From an uncultured cyanobacterium (GTDB taxonomy: Bacteria; Cyanobacteriota; Cyanobacteriia; Cyanobacteriales; Cyanobacteriaceae): a stretch of DNA of 64,000 nucleotides. Both the position numbers and the translations under genes were made by a program. The stretch is from assembly GCA_963710605.1 (NCBI GenBank), contig CAVQBA010000006.1, forward strand, positions 384,001 through 448,000. Reading direction: 5' to 3'. Below the pieces are notes generated by a model. That model was not told where the DNA came from and made no database searches. It worked only from the letters and a program-made list of their open reading frames with translations. This document shows positions 48,841-59,007 of this stretch, in pieces (positions within the stretch are counted from its first letter, which is position 1; each line of letters opens with the position of its first letter).

Positions 48841-48935
48841 CACCAAATTGAAAAAAAAAGATTTAGCCCCCTAAATCCCCCAATCTTGGGGGACTAAAAA
48901 AATAAAAAATGTTACAAATTTTATTTGAATTGGTA
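48841..48935. repeat. MITE-like repeat
   Basis: ACCAAATTGAAAAAA...CCCCCTAAATCCCCCAATCTTGGGGGAC...TTTATTTGAATTGGT. Confidence 0.65.
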
Positions 48936-49087
48936 GAGATATAAAGGTCGAATCTGTGAATTAAAATGATGATAATTCGTAGCTATGCAAAAGAAAACTG
49001 CGGTAAAACGCGATCGTATTTTTTAGGTTGATAATTGTTTTCCGTCATAATAATTGTTAATTCTCAATTATCTCTTATCTTATCTTT

Positions 49088-50365
49088 TCATTCTGCTCCT
49101 GCTTCATAGTAATATTCATTACTGAACAATGCTCCTTTTAATTTATCGGGATTGATTATCTTTTTGGGAAATAAAGGAAATGGATTGTCATGATTACGAG
49201 TAGGTTTATTTATACTACTAAATTTAGCTCCTTGGGTGTTTGCTCTTTGCAGACTATTATTATCAAAAGTAGAACGAGTAAAATTAGCTCCTCTGACATC
49301 CAAACCAGCAAAATCTACTCCTTTTAAATCACACCATCGAAAATCAGCACCTTTTAAACTTACTTTTTTAAAAGTAACTCCTGATAAATTACACATCATA
49401 AAGTTACTATTATCAAGATTTGAATCTTTAAAAAGAATATTCTTCATGGTATCAAATTTAGTATTGGTTAAAGTACAGTTGTTAAACGTAACTCTATCCA
49501 AATAAACAAAGTAAGCATTTTTTAGATTACAATTTTCAAAAACTACTTCTTCTAAAATGGAATCTTGAAAATTTGCATATTGAACACTTTGTATCTGCGA
49601 CAAACACTTTTTGTCATATATTCCCGACTCATTCTCAAAATTAATATTTTCAAACTTAATTTTCTTTAAGGATGCACTTTCAAAGCTCACTCCTCGTAAA
49701 TTAACTTTTTTAAAATCAACTTCTATTAGCTGTGAATATTTAAAATTTGCACCTTCAAGATTCGCCTCGATAAATTTTGTCTGTTTAAACTCTGATTGAT
49801 GCAAATAAGAATAAGATAAATTTGCTTGGGAAAAATTAGTATTATTAAAATTACAACATTTAAAGTAAAAATAATTTAAGTCAGAGTTCATAAAATTAAT
49901 GTTACTCAAATCAATTCCGATGCCTTCCAAATATGAAATCGATCGAGTATCATATGAAGAACAGTTATCAGAATAATCAAATTTTAGCCCTTGTAAATAA
50001 AGTTTTATTTCAGGTATTTCTTTTCGCCAATTATTCCAATCATTTGAATTATAAAAAATAAGCTCGGCAAAATAATCTACTAATACTTCTTTGTAAACTT
50101 GATTATTAGTAGCAGAAATCAAAGCCGCCGCCATCCATTGAATTTTTCCTTTACTTACAGAAAAAATATCAGATAAAAACTCTTCCCCTGCTTCACCGTA
50201 TTGTAACGCTTCTCGAAGAATGATTATCTTTTTATCATCTAACTTAGTATTAGCAAAACGACTTTTAATACCATCTATCCCACCCAAGACTAAAGCCTTT
50301 AAAGGAGGATTATTACCTCCTAAAACTCGATCGTATTCTTTTGGTTGATGATTATTTTCCTCCAT
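49088..50365 (-). CDS. Pentapeptide-repeat protein with cyanobacterial N-terminal QPxEYDxVLGG/HEAT-like module
   Basis: A(N/D)(L/F)xx repeats over roughly aa 150-390; start overlaps the stop of the upstream frame; AAGGAGA RBS. Confidence 0.88.
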   Translation of the reverse strand: MEENNHQPKEYDRVLGGNNPPLKALVLGGIDGIKSRFANTKLDDKKIIILREALQYGEAGEEFLSDIFSVSKGKIQWMAAALISATNNQVYKEVLVDYFAELIFYNSNDWNNWRKEIPEIKLYLQGLKFDYSDNCSSYDTRSISYLEGIGIDLSNINFMNSDLNYFYFKCCNFNNTNFSQANLSYSYLHQSEFKQTKFIEANLEGANFKYSQLIEVDFKKVNLRGVSFESASLKKIKFENINFENESGIYDKKCLSQIQSVQYANFQDSILEEVVFENCNLKNAYFVYLDRVTFNNCTLTNTKFDTMKNILFKDSNLDNSNFMMCNLSGVTFKKVSLKGADFRWCDLKGVDFAGLDVRGANFTRSTFDNNSLQRANTQGAKFSSINKPTRNHDNPFPLFPKKIINPDKLKGALFSNEYYYEAGAE

Positions 50366-51222
50366 TCTCCTTGGCTTTATCTATAGACTGAATTGATTCA
50401 AGTTTTTTATTAATCTTAGCTTCTAGATCGATCGTTAGCCAATCCGCCCAAGATGAGTTAATTTTTTTAAAAAAGTTAAAAACTGTCAATTCCAAATTCA
50501 ACCCTCCAGCACTTTCTAGAGGAATAGGATCTGGGAAAAGGATAATAAACTTTCCAATCAGGTGATTTAACATGGGTAGAAATTCCTCGCCACACTTTGG
50601 CTTGTTTAAGAGTTTTTTCTGCTTTATTGGTTGTATAAATAACTAATACACCCTCTCGTTTGGGTAACTGAAATTGTCTTAGCATTTTAACTAAAGACTG
50701 TTTTGTTTCTGGTGATATTTGAGCTAGTTTATTAAATTTTTCATCTAGTTCGGTTAATGGCTGACTATCAACTTCTTTATGCTCAATTTTACAGGATGAA
50801 ATTAAACCTAATAATTTTTGATAATCTGTTTTAAACCCGTGAACACCTCCCAAGGAAACAGCTTCGGCAATTTCTTTGGTTAATTTTGGTACTTCTTGGT
50901 TATCTAAAGCACGACTGGCTAAAAGACGAAAAGCCTCTTCATTATCAGCAGAGTCTTCTTCAATCCAACCGATCGATATCCTAATTTGTCTTTTAAAATT
51001 GTCTCCTCTGCCTTCTGGTTCAATCGCTGTAATTAGTAGTAATAATTTATCTTCTTTACGAGATAAAACAACAGAAGTTTTCTCACTATAAATTAAATTA
51101 GTTGATTCATCTTGAAATAAATTAGGAAAATCATCACGTTTTTTTTCTGATGTTTCGGTCACTTCAACCCAAGTATATTCATCAGTTGATTTAATTCCAC
51201 GACTGCGGACAAAAATATTCAT
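50352..51222 (-). CDS. Hypothetical GTPase-associated protein, apparent +1 frameshift near 50534
   Basis: AAAGGAGA RBS before ATG 51222 (MNIFVRSRG...EYTW...DNFKRQIRISIGW); removing one base of the run at 50533-50535 joins ...YYPF to PDPIPLE...ENGGK* ending 50352. Confidence 0.65.
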
Positions 51223-51263
51223 GCTCAACTTCTCCTTTATCTTTAATTAAATACTTTTACCTC

Positions 51264-51372
51264 TTATAGCGGTAAATGAGTGAGTTAAGACGTGATTGTT
51301 CGAGTTCCCCTTCCTTACAAAGGAGGGGTTAAGGGTGGTTGATTGTCCTAACCAAGTCGTTTACTGCTATAG
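51264..51372. repeat. MITE-like repeat inside the GTPase cluster
   Basis: TATAGCGGTAA ... TTACTGCTATA terminal inverted repeats, core CCCTTCCTTACAAAGGAGGGG. Confidence 0.7.
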
Positions 51373-51380
51373 CTTTTCAT

Positions 51381-52434
51381 TCAATCGAGTTTTAATAATT
51401 CATGACCTTGAATGATATTAAATGGTGGCTTAGTCAATCTTCCTTGTGAAAAACTTTTTAAAGCCTTATAAATGTCATTATTTGCACCTAAAAAATTGTT
51501 CGCCGTGAAAAAATGCTCGACTTAATACACCTGTTTGTTGTTTTTGGATGTATTGATGAATTAAAAAGCGTAAGATATAGCGTAATGGTTGGTCAGCCCA
51601 TTGAGATTCCATAACCGCATCAATATGAGTTTTATTCAAAAGCCATCCTTTCCACTCACCAGTATCAATATCAATATCTGCACCACCACAAAGGATACAA
51701 CCAACTGTTTGTATCGGAGTAATAACCGCCGCCACTTGATTAGATTTAGGACTTAAAACTCGATCGATTAATTCTGCATATCCTTTTTTAACTTCTTTAA
51801 TCAATCGTTCTTGATTTTCTGGTTTCTTGACGTGAGTTTCACATTTTACAGGAATAAATATGACTAATCTTTGTTCGTCTTTAGGTAGATTCTCATAAGC
51901 AGTAGCAATCATTTTAGTAACCGATTGAGGGTCATTTAACTGTTGATGAAAACGTCCATCTTCTTCCATTAAAGCTAAAGTATCGATTGGAATAATAACT
52001 ACACCACTATCTTTTACTTGTTTAAAATATGTTTGGTAGTTTGTACTTGATGAGTCTTCTTGTAGCCATCCCCCTGAAATATCTAAAAAATCTAATCCTA
52101 GAGTATTATCTTTAGTGGTGAATTTATCTCTCCTAATTAGAAATCGAATATTTTTGGGCGATTCAGTGGCTTCGGGTCCTCGATTGACTGCATCAAACTC
52201 TTTGACCAATTCTTCTAATCCTTGTTGATGTTCTTCGATCGTGCTATTACTTTCTCGATTGATTTCAATCTTAAAATCAGTTCTAGTGATTTGGTCTGTA
52301 AAATATTTAAGTATTACAGCTAAAGTACAAGTTTTTCCCACACCACTAGGTCCGAGAGAAGCTACAGAAATTTTGAATTTAGGTTCACGAATTTCATCTT
52401 TCAAGTTAACTGCGGAATTATTGGAAATTACCAT
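51381..52434 (-). CDS. TRAFAC-type P-loop GTPase-like protein, apparent +1 frameshift in A6 run at 51508-51513
   Basis: G1 GPSGVGKT, G3 DISG, G4-like PVKCE; AAGGAGA RBS; corrected frame ends ...FNIIQGHELLKLD* at 51381 (ORF track stops at 51478). Confidence 0.75.
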
Positions 52435-52752
52435 AACAATTTCTCCTTAATTTGATCGGTTTAATTTTAAAACTTACTTAATCGATAGCGTTTCCCATAA
52501 TCATGAGGTACATTTATTATTTTCAAGTCCCCCACTCTCCCCTTAAAAGGGGAGATGCCGAAGGCAGAGGGGTCGGGGGATGAGTGGGGGCTTTCTTTGT
52601 ATTTCATAATGGCGATAATTGCTATATTGAGAGACTGACAGATAGTCAGTTCGATCGGTAACAGTGTTAGAGAAATGTAAAAGCTCAAACTATTAATACA
52701 TAAGCATTATACCTTTGCCCTTTGCCCTTTGCCCTTTGCCCTTTGCAATTGC

Positions 52753-55700
52753 TTAAATTCTCTCTAAGGTACTAAGAGAAGAAGCTTTTTGAATAAAATC
52801 GAACCATTGCTGTTTTTCTTCGCTAATTCCCTTACCAAAATGATCGGGGAACACTTGTGAACTCCATTCTCGAAGTAATACTCTCCAATTAGACTTTATT
52901 TTCTTAGAATATATAATGGCATCTACAAAACGATTCGCCCGAGCATAGACAATAATACTAGGCATTCCTTCTAACTTTTCTAGAGCTTGTCGGCATTTAG
53001 AAATGGTATTACGATGTACCACTTTTAAAATCTTATGAATTAACTCAATATTTTCTTGATTTGATTTACCCACAGGGTCAAAAATTTTAGCAACTTCATT
53101 AGGATCTAATTCTTTTTCTAATGCTTGGAGAATCAGATGCTCTAAGTGAAATTCATAAGTCATTTCAAAGGAAACTAATTTTTCAAACGCTTCTTTTAAA
53201 ACAGGAAGATGCTCAGGAATTTCTTTGACCATAAATTCTAGAAATTCTGTACCCCTAGCGGTGGTTATATTTCCTAAGTCAGTCTTAGTTAAAGCATCGG
53301 CGATTTGGTTTTTCATTTGTTCTACATATACTTCCAATCCACTATCAAAAGAGTTAAATTTCTTACTGATATGATTTCTTAATTCATTGACGCATTTTTG
53401 TAAAACAGAAACCCACCCTTGTCCTATATCTCCGTAACGCATCTCATCAATTCTTTCAATTGAATGTACTCCTGTATCTTCTAAACACTCTTTGATAATT
53501 TTTCGGGTGGCTGTTTGGAATAATTCTGTATCCTTACGATTTTCTTCTATAGTTAAAGTCTCAGGACGTATTTCTTTAATTAACTGGTCTAAATTGCGGT
53601 TAATTTTTATCGTTAGTTTTTCTTCTAGCTCATCAAATAGGATGTTTTCATTTTGGTATTGAGGAGCAACTCTAAATGCCTGACGAGCTTTTTGGAGAAA
53701 GTCTTTAATTTCCCTTTCTAATTGTTCAATAGACTTGTTTGCGATCGCGGCATATTGTCCATCTAAATCTTCTATATTACTTTCTAGGTAATCTAATACT
53801 TGATTAAGAACATCTGATGCTTCTTTTTTGTCGGCACAATTAGCAATTAGACATCGAGAAACTTCGATTTCTTTTTTTGCTTCTAGACGACGTTTTATTT
53901 CTTCACAATAGCTACGATTTGCGGCTAATCCGGGTTGAGAAACTTTGATTTCATTTAAGACCATCATTGACCAATTTTTGATCGGTAATTCAGGTAAAGC
54001 GGCATCAGCGGTATCAAATAGTTTATATTCTTCTTCTTGTAAAATTCTTGTTCCTTGAGGCAGACTAATAAATAGAGCAAAGTCCACATCTTCCCCTAGA
54101 CTTTTACGAAGCGTTTCTTTATCTCCTAATACTGTATCACCAAGACCGGGTAAATCAATTAAGGCAATTTGTCCGATATCTTGATAAGGAAATTGACAAA
54201 AAATTTTAACTTCTTTAACCGCTAAATAATTGAAGTAGGTTTTTTGATTATTGTCATCGGTTTGAGCGACATATTTACGAATCTGGACTTGAGAAATCCG
54301 TTTAGGAGAAGCTTCTCTCAATAAATCACTATAATCTTGATAATGGTTGTAGCACTTTTCTAAATGTTCATACAGTGCCTTAGCTTCTGAAGTATTAATT
54401 GGTAACTTAGGAAGAGGATTATCAACAAAATCATTTAATGTTTTTGGTTTTGTACCCAAATGTAAAAAATCATAATACAAATGAATATTTTCTTGTAAAA
54501 AAGATTCTTCATTATGGAAGTAAACTTCTCCTACTGCTTGATGATTCGTTGAATGAGCAACTGTAACTTTTACTCCAGTACAGTTATTCATTGCTCCTGA
54601 AGGAACTTCGGGGTCGCTTAATCCTGTTAAAGTTTGAATTAGAAGACTTTTTCCTTGTCCTGCACGACCAACTAAAGCAATCGTTAAATTTTCTCGTGAA
54701 AATCTTTTGTTTAGTTTGGCTAATATTTGTTGAACTTGTTTAATTTTTTGAGTTTTAATCTCCGAAAATAGAGGGAATAAAGTACTTAAATTTTCTGTAA
54801 CAAATGTGTCATTAATCTTAGCGATTGTGTCACGACAAGTTGTCTCCATACTGTCTAATTGAGATAGTAAAGAGTTAAGTTTGTCAATCAGTTTTTGCAC
54901 TTTTTGACTGCGAGGATGACGTTTATTAAGAATATTAGCAATACTATTCGCTCGATCCATATTTGATAATTGTTGATTAAAAGTAGGAGTATTTGTGACC
55001 ATATTCTTCTCCTGTTGGTTATATTTCTCATACCCTAACGTATTGTTTCTATTGTTTACTAGGATTAAATCCATCTGTTTAGGGTATTTATTCATCATTA
55101 ATTCATTTATATTTTCTGCTTGACTTTTATCCCCTTTTATGTTTAATAAATAAGCGATCGTATTCATAATTTTGATAGTCAAATCACGATCGAAATCAGC
55201 CTTCTGTTTTTCCTCTTGATGACAAATACTTAATAAGGCTTCAATTTCACATTTATCTCGATAATTAAAAACATTAGTAAATACATTTTCCCAATATTTA
55301 ACTATCAGAATTAATAACTTTTTCGTGTCATAAGTTGTTAAAGGAGATTCATCATCAGGAGGACGAATAATTGTTCTAACTTGAGGATTATTTTGCCAAT
55401 CTTCATCTAAATACTTATCCATTCTTGCTTCAAAAAAAGGTTCAAAACTTTCTTGAAGAATTTTTAAAGATTTTTTGATAAGACTCTGATTATCTAAGTC
55501 TTCAAGACTTGATTCATTTTCTTCTGAGGTGATATTAACTGTGGCTAATTTGTAGCGTATTTCATCAAGCCATGTATAGTTAAAAACTTTTTCATAAATC
55601 GGATTAGCAATTTTTAAATAATATTTATCATTTTCAATAACTTTAATTACCAAACCTGACATCAAAAGATCGTCATGGATATTATAACCACTTTTCCATT

Positions 55701-56706
55701 TTACTGATTGTCGATCGAATATCTTTTGTTCGTAATAATTTAAGACTTGAAGTTTATCTTCTATTTGGCTTTCATCACGAGTTAAAAATAATTTTTGTAC
55801 TTCTTGAAAATGTTCTTTCTCTTCTTTTCCTTGATTAATCCATCTTTTGATAATATCTTTTTCTACTAATCGATCGATATTTTCAATCGTTATTTTTAAA
55901 CCATTATTAATGAGTTTTTGTGAATAATATTCTTTGACTAATAAATCACAAATTAATTGAGTTAAAAAAGGTTGTCCGTTTGTCCAATAAAAAACTCTTT
56001 CAAAAATTTGAGCAGGATTCTCTGTAACTTGCTTTAATCCTTCGATAAGAGGTTGACATTTTTCTAAATGAAAATAATCTAATTCTGTTTTTGTAGCGAT
56101 ATTTAAGGCAACGTGCTGAGTAAATTCATTTAACTTGGCAACACCGATAAGAACAAAACTAATTTTCTCTAAAATTTCGTCTTTGATATTAATTTTATCT
56201 TCATAAATATTTCTTAGACATTGAACAAATTCATCTTGAAAATTATATTTAATTAAAGCTTGAACTTCATCAACAAAAATAACTAACTTTTTAGCTTCTA
56301 AACTAGGTAATATTTTCTGTAATAAAAATTGGATAAAACGATCGGGAGGTAAATAATTTTCACTATTTTCTTTCCAAAAAGTATTAAGTTCTGATTTTAA
56401 TTCCTGAGCATTTACTATTCCTTCACATATTTTAACGGTAAAGGTTCGCCAAAACTTTTCTGTATAAACAGTAGCTTGAAGATTAATCGCAACACCAATT
56501 ATTTTTTCGCTTTTTAATTTAAAAATAGTCCGATTTTTTAAACTACTTTTTCCTCTTTGTCTAGGTGCTAAAAGAAAATGAATATTGTTTTTTGGGTTGA
56601 TCTGTTGACAAAAATTAAGTAACTCTATATCTCCATCTCTTTCAACGTAATTCTTACTATCAGGACTTAAACTTCCGCCTACATTATAAGTTGAGTTAAT
56701 CATCAT
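52753..56706 (-). CDS. AAA-like (AAA_35-type) ATPase + Swt1-like HEPN (degenerate) + dynamin-like GTPase fusion
   Basis: YNVGGSL..YVER, APRQRGKSS, LVIFVDE, WTNGQPFLTQ, IANPIY; helical middle domain; GRAGQGKS, CTG, DLPGLGD and long helical stalk. Start likely 56706/56703 overlapping upstream stop. Confidence 0.8.
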   Translation of the reverse strand: MMINSTYNVGGSLSPDSKNYVERDGDIELLNFCQQINPKNNIHFLLAPRQRGKSSLKNRTIFKLKSEKIIGVAINLQATVYTEKFWRTFTVKICEGIVNAQELKSELNTFWKENSENYLPPDRFIQFLLQKILPSLEAKKLVIFVDEVQALIKYNFQDEFVQCLRNIYEDKINIKDEILEKISFVLIGVAKLNEFTQHVALNIATKTELDYFHLEKCQPLIEGLKQVTENPAQIFERVFYWTNGQPFLTQLICDLLVKEYYSQKLINNGLKITIENIDRLVEKDIIKRWINQGKEEKEHFQEVQKLFLTRDESQIEDKLQVLNYYEQKIFDRQSVKWKSGYNIHDDLLMSGLVIKVIENDKYYLKIANPIYEKVFNYTWLDEIRYKLATVNITSEENESSLEDLDNQSLIKKSLKILQESFEPFFEARMDKYLDEDWQNNPQVRTIIRPPDDESPLTTYDTKKLLILIVKYWENVFTNVFNYRDKCEIEALLSICHQEEKQKADFDRDLTIKIMNTIAYLLNIKGDKSQAENINELMMNKYPKQMDLILVNNRNNTLGYEKYNQQEKNMVTNTPTFNQQLSNMDRANSIANILNKRHPRSQKVQKLIDKLNSLLSQLDSMETTCRDTIAKINDTFVTENLSTLFPLFSEIKTQKIKQVQQILAKLNKRFSRENLTIALVGRAGQGKSLLIQTLTGLSDPEVPSGAMNNCTGVKVTVAHSTNHQAVGEVYFHNEESFLQENIHLYYDFLHLGTKPKTLNDFVDNPLPKLPINTSEAKALYEHLEKCYNHYQDYSDLLREASPKRISQVQIRKYVAQTDDNNQKTYFNYLAVKEVKIFCQFPYQDIGQIALIDLPGLGDTVLGDKETLRKSLGEDVDFALFISLPQGTRILQEEEYKLFDTADAALPELPIKNWSMMVLNEIKVSQPGLAANRSYCEEIKRRLEAKKEIEVSRCLIANCADKKEASDVLNQVLDYLESNIEDLDGQYAAIANKSIEQLEREIKDFLQKARQAFRVAPQYQNENILFDELEEKLTIKINRNLDQLIKEIRPETLTIEENRKDTELFQTATRKIIKECLEDTGVHSIERIDEMRYGDIGQGWVSVLQKCVNELRNHISKKFNSFDSGLEVYVEQMKNQIADALTKTDLGNITTARGTEFLEFMVKEIPEHLPVLKEAFEKLVSFEMTYEFHLEHLILQALEKELDPNEVAKIFDPVGKSNQENIELIHKILKVVHRNTISKCRQALEKLEGMPSIIVYARANRFVDAIIYSKKIKSNWRVLLREWSSQVFPDHFGKGISEEKQQWFDFIQKASSLSTLERI

Positions 56707-58126
56707 TTTTATCATCCCACACAATATCTTGAAAATATTTTTGATAAAGCTCACAGCGAACTTGAGGTTTATTGGAAGCGTCTAATTTAATTAGCCCCAT
56801 TTTTAATAAATGAATTTCTAATAATCGATTAACTTGACTATTTTCGATCGTTTCTTCATTGATTATTCTTAAAAATAATTGACGAACTTTTTTATTTTTA
56901 GGTTTATTGAGTATTTTTTCATAATCATTAAGATGATAATAAAAAGGACTTTGTACTGAAGTGGCTTGTTGTTCTAGCAGTTTAATACTGATATCATCAT
57001 GAGCAATCTTATATAAAGCCTGATTAACTAAATAGGGATGTCCTCCGATAAAATTCTTTAATTGTCTGGCTGTATCAACTCCTCCATCCCATTCAATACC
57101 ATAATTCGCCGCTAAACCTAATATTTGATTTTCATGAAATTCGTATAAGTCAATTTTGTGACAATCTACATTGGCAAAAGGAGAGTTTCGATTACCCCAA
57201 TCACTATAATCTTCTACAGAATAGGCAAATATTACGCTAAAACGATTCCATTTATCTGACTTAAGATAATCATCAAACCAAATACGAAGTATATCCAGAA
57301 AAATTTGTGATTCTGTGGCAAAAATTTCCTGAAAATTATCGATGATTAAAATAATAGGTTGCTTTTGTTGAGATTTAAAAATTTCGTCTTGTAAATAACT
57401 TGTCAATTTATATTCAAAATCAAAATCATCTAAATCTGATATATCAAATTTATCTACATGAGATAGTTCCTTAAATTCTTGATATATTGACTTTAAAAAA
57501 ATATTGGTAAATTTATCTAAATCATTAAAACTTTCACAAAATTTAGCACTTTTAAAATCGAGAAATCCTACCTGACATTTTTGTTTTAATAAATAATCTT
57601 TTATTCTTTTTAATAAGGAAGTTTTACCAGTTTGTCTTGCACCTTGTATTTTAATAAATATTCCCTGCTCTAAATTATTGTAATTGTTATAATTAAGATC
57701 ATTTTTTGCTAAAAGTACCTCACAATCTCTATCGGCATTAGTTCGCATATATCGAGGATCTGATAAAGGAATCCAGCCTTTTAAAGCTGGTAAATTAGAC
57801 ATAGTAGGTAAAGTAGATTCGTCATAAATAATTCTATATTCATTTGCTTTTCTACCTCCTCCTCTACGCCTAACACTGATTATTTTGTTGTTTTCTAATC
57901 CTTTAAGAAATTGTTGAATTTTTCCATCTGATACGGGGATTTCTTTTTCTTGTAAAAATTCTCTAAAGTCACTAACTGATATTTTTATATAATCTTTGGA
58001 CTTTAATTTTTGTTTGACTTTCTCTGCTTCAATTGTTTGACGTATGGCATAATATAATTCTTGATCTTCTTTATTTAAGGAGGCAATGTATTTTTCGGAC
58101 GATCAATCGTCAAAATTGTCAATCAT
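56696..58126 (-). CDS. Winged-HTH + AAA-like (AAA_35-type) ATPase; in-frame TGA at codon 8
   Basis: GARQTGKTS, ILIIDN, SPFAN, GGHPYLV, RCELYQKYF; frame stays open 100 codons upstream of the ORF-track start (57802) and encodes a wHTH-like segment; ATG 58126 is in frame but codon 8 (58105-58103) is TGA. Confidence 0.7.
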
Positions 58127-58569
58127 AATACGTTTTTGTTTAAATTTGTAATTATAGCCTTGATGAAAATTACAGGTGCGTTAATTGTCTGGTAAAGACG
58201 TAGCGTACGCTACGTCCCTACAATATAATGATTGGTTTTTATTTAAAAAAATTACTATAGCTGATAACTGAAGTGCTGATAAGTAACTCAAAATAAAAAA
58301 AGTTTGTGGTTACCCCTTTAGGGGTTTAAAACAAACACTTTGCTCGATAATGGCTAAAGCCATCACTACAAACCCTATTTATCGATATTTACCCGAACTT
58401 AATATCAGCGATAATTTCTCTCACCAAAATAAAATTTCTGAAGATGTTTAATGAGCAAACTATGAGTAAAAACCCAAGAATTCTTGGGCTTAACACAGCT
58501 TTTATCAGAGTGAGATTTTTTGAATATTTGGGATTTAAAACTTACTTAGTCACTTCAAATAATTCAAGA

Positions 58570-59007
58570 TTAAGCAATATTATCATAAGCTTTAACCAAA
58601 GGTGATAACTTATCTATATACAAAGGTACGGATGATAAGTGTGTATATACTCGATTTGATTTGGTAAATTTTCCTGTAAAAACAAGTTTGTAACTAGAAA
58701 ATATAGTCACTAAAGTCCACATTTCCATATCTCCACTACTTTTATCTTTATTCATAAAAGAAACGAATTCAAGATTTGTTTCTTCGTCAAAATTTAACTT
58801 TTCTTTAGTAGTTTCATCAAATGTGTCAAATAGTTGAGGAACAATTGTCGGATCATATTCTCCACCAAAACCTGGTACTCTTGAACGGGCTTGTAAATTA
58901 GTACCTACTAAAAAGGCTATTCCATCAATACCATTATCTCTTTTTGCACAATCATCAAGAATAGGTTGCATCGCTATGATTACGTCATCACTACTTTGAT
59001 AATCCAT
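58570..59007 (-). CDS. Hypothetical protein, roadblock/profilin-like secondary-structure pattern
   Basis: GGAGA RBS before ATG 59007; helix, GIDGIAFLVG strand pair, helix, three strands, C-terminal helix. Confidence 0.6.
   Translation of the reverse strand: MDYQSSDDVIIAMQPILDDCAKRDNGIDGIAFLVGTNLQARSRVPGFGGEYDPTIVPQLFDTFDETTKEKLNFDEETNLEFVSFMNKDKSSGDMEMWTLVTIFSSYKLVFTGKFTKSNRVYTHLSSVPLYIDKLSPLVKAYDNIA

Noticed and set aside
52467-52688. 73-aa minus-strand ORF within the NTPase cluster
   Set aside because: TTG start without RBS and largely made of a palindromic repeat (52529-52590); probably intergenic
58103-58105. In-frame TGA as selenocysteine or programmed readthrough
   Set aside because: Not at a Cys-like catalytic position, no evident SECIS hairpin; a C>T change in CGATCG explains it more simply
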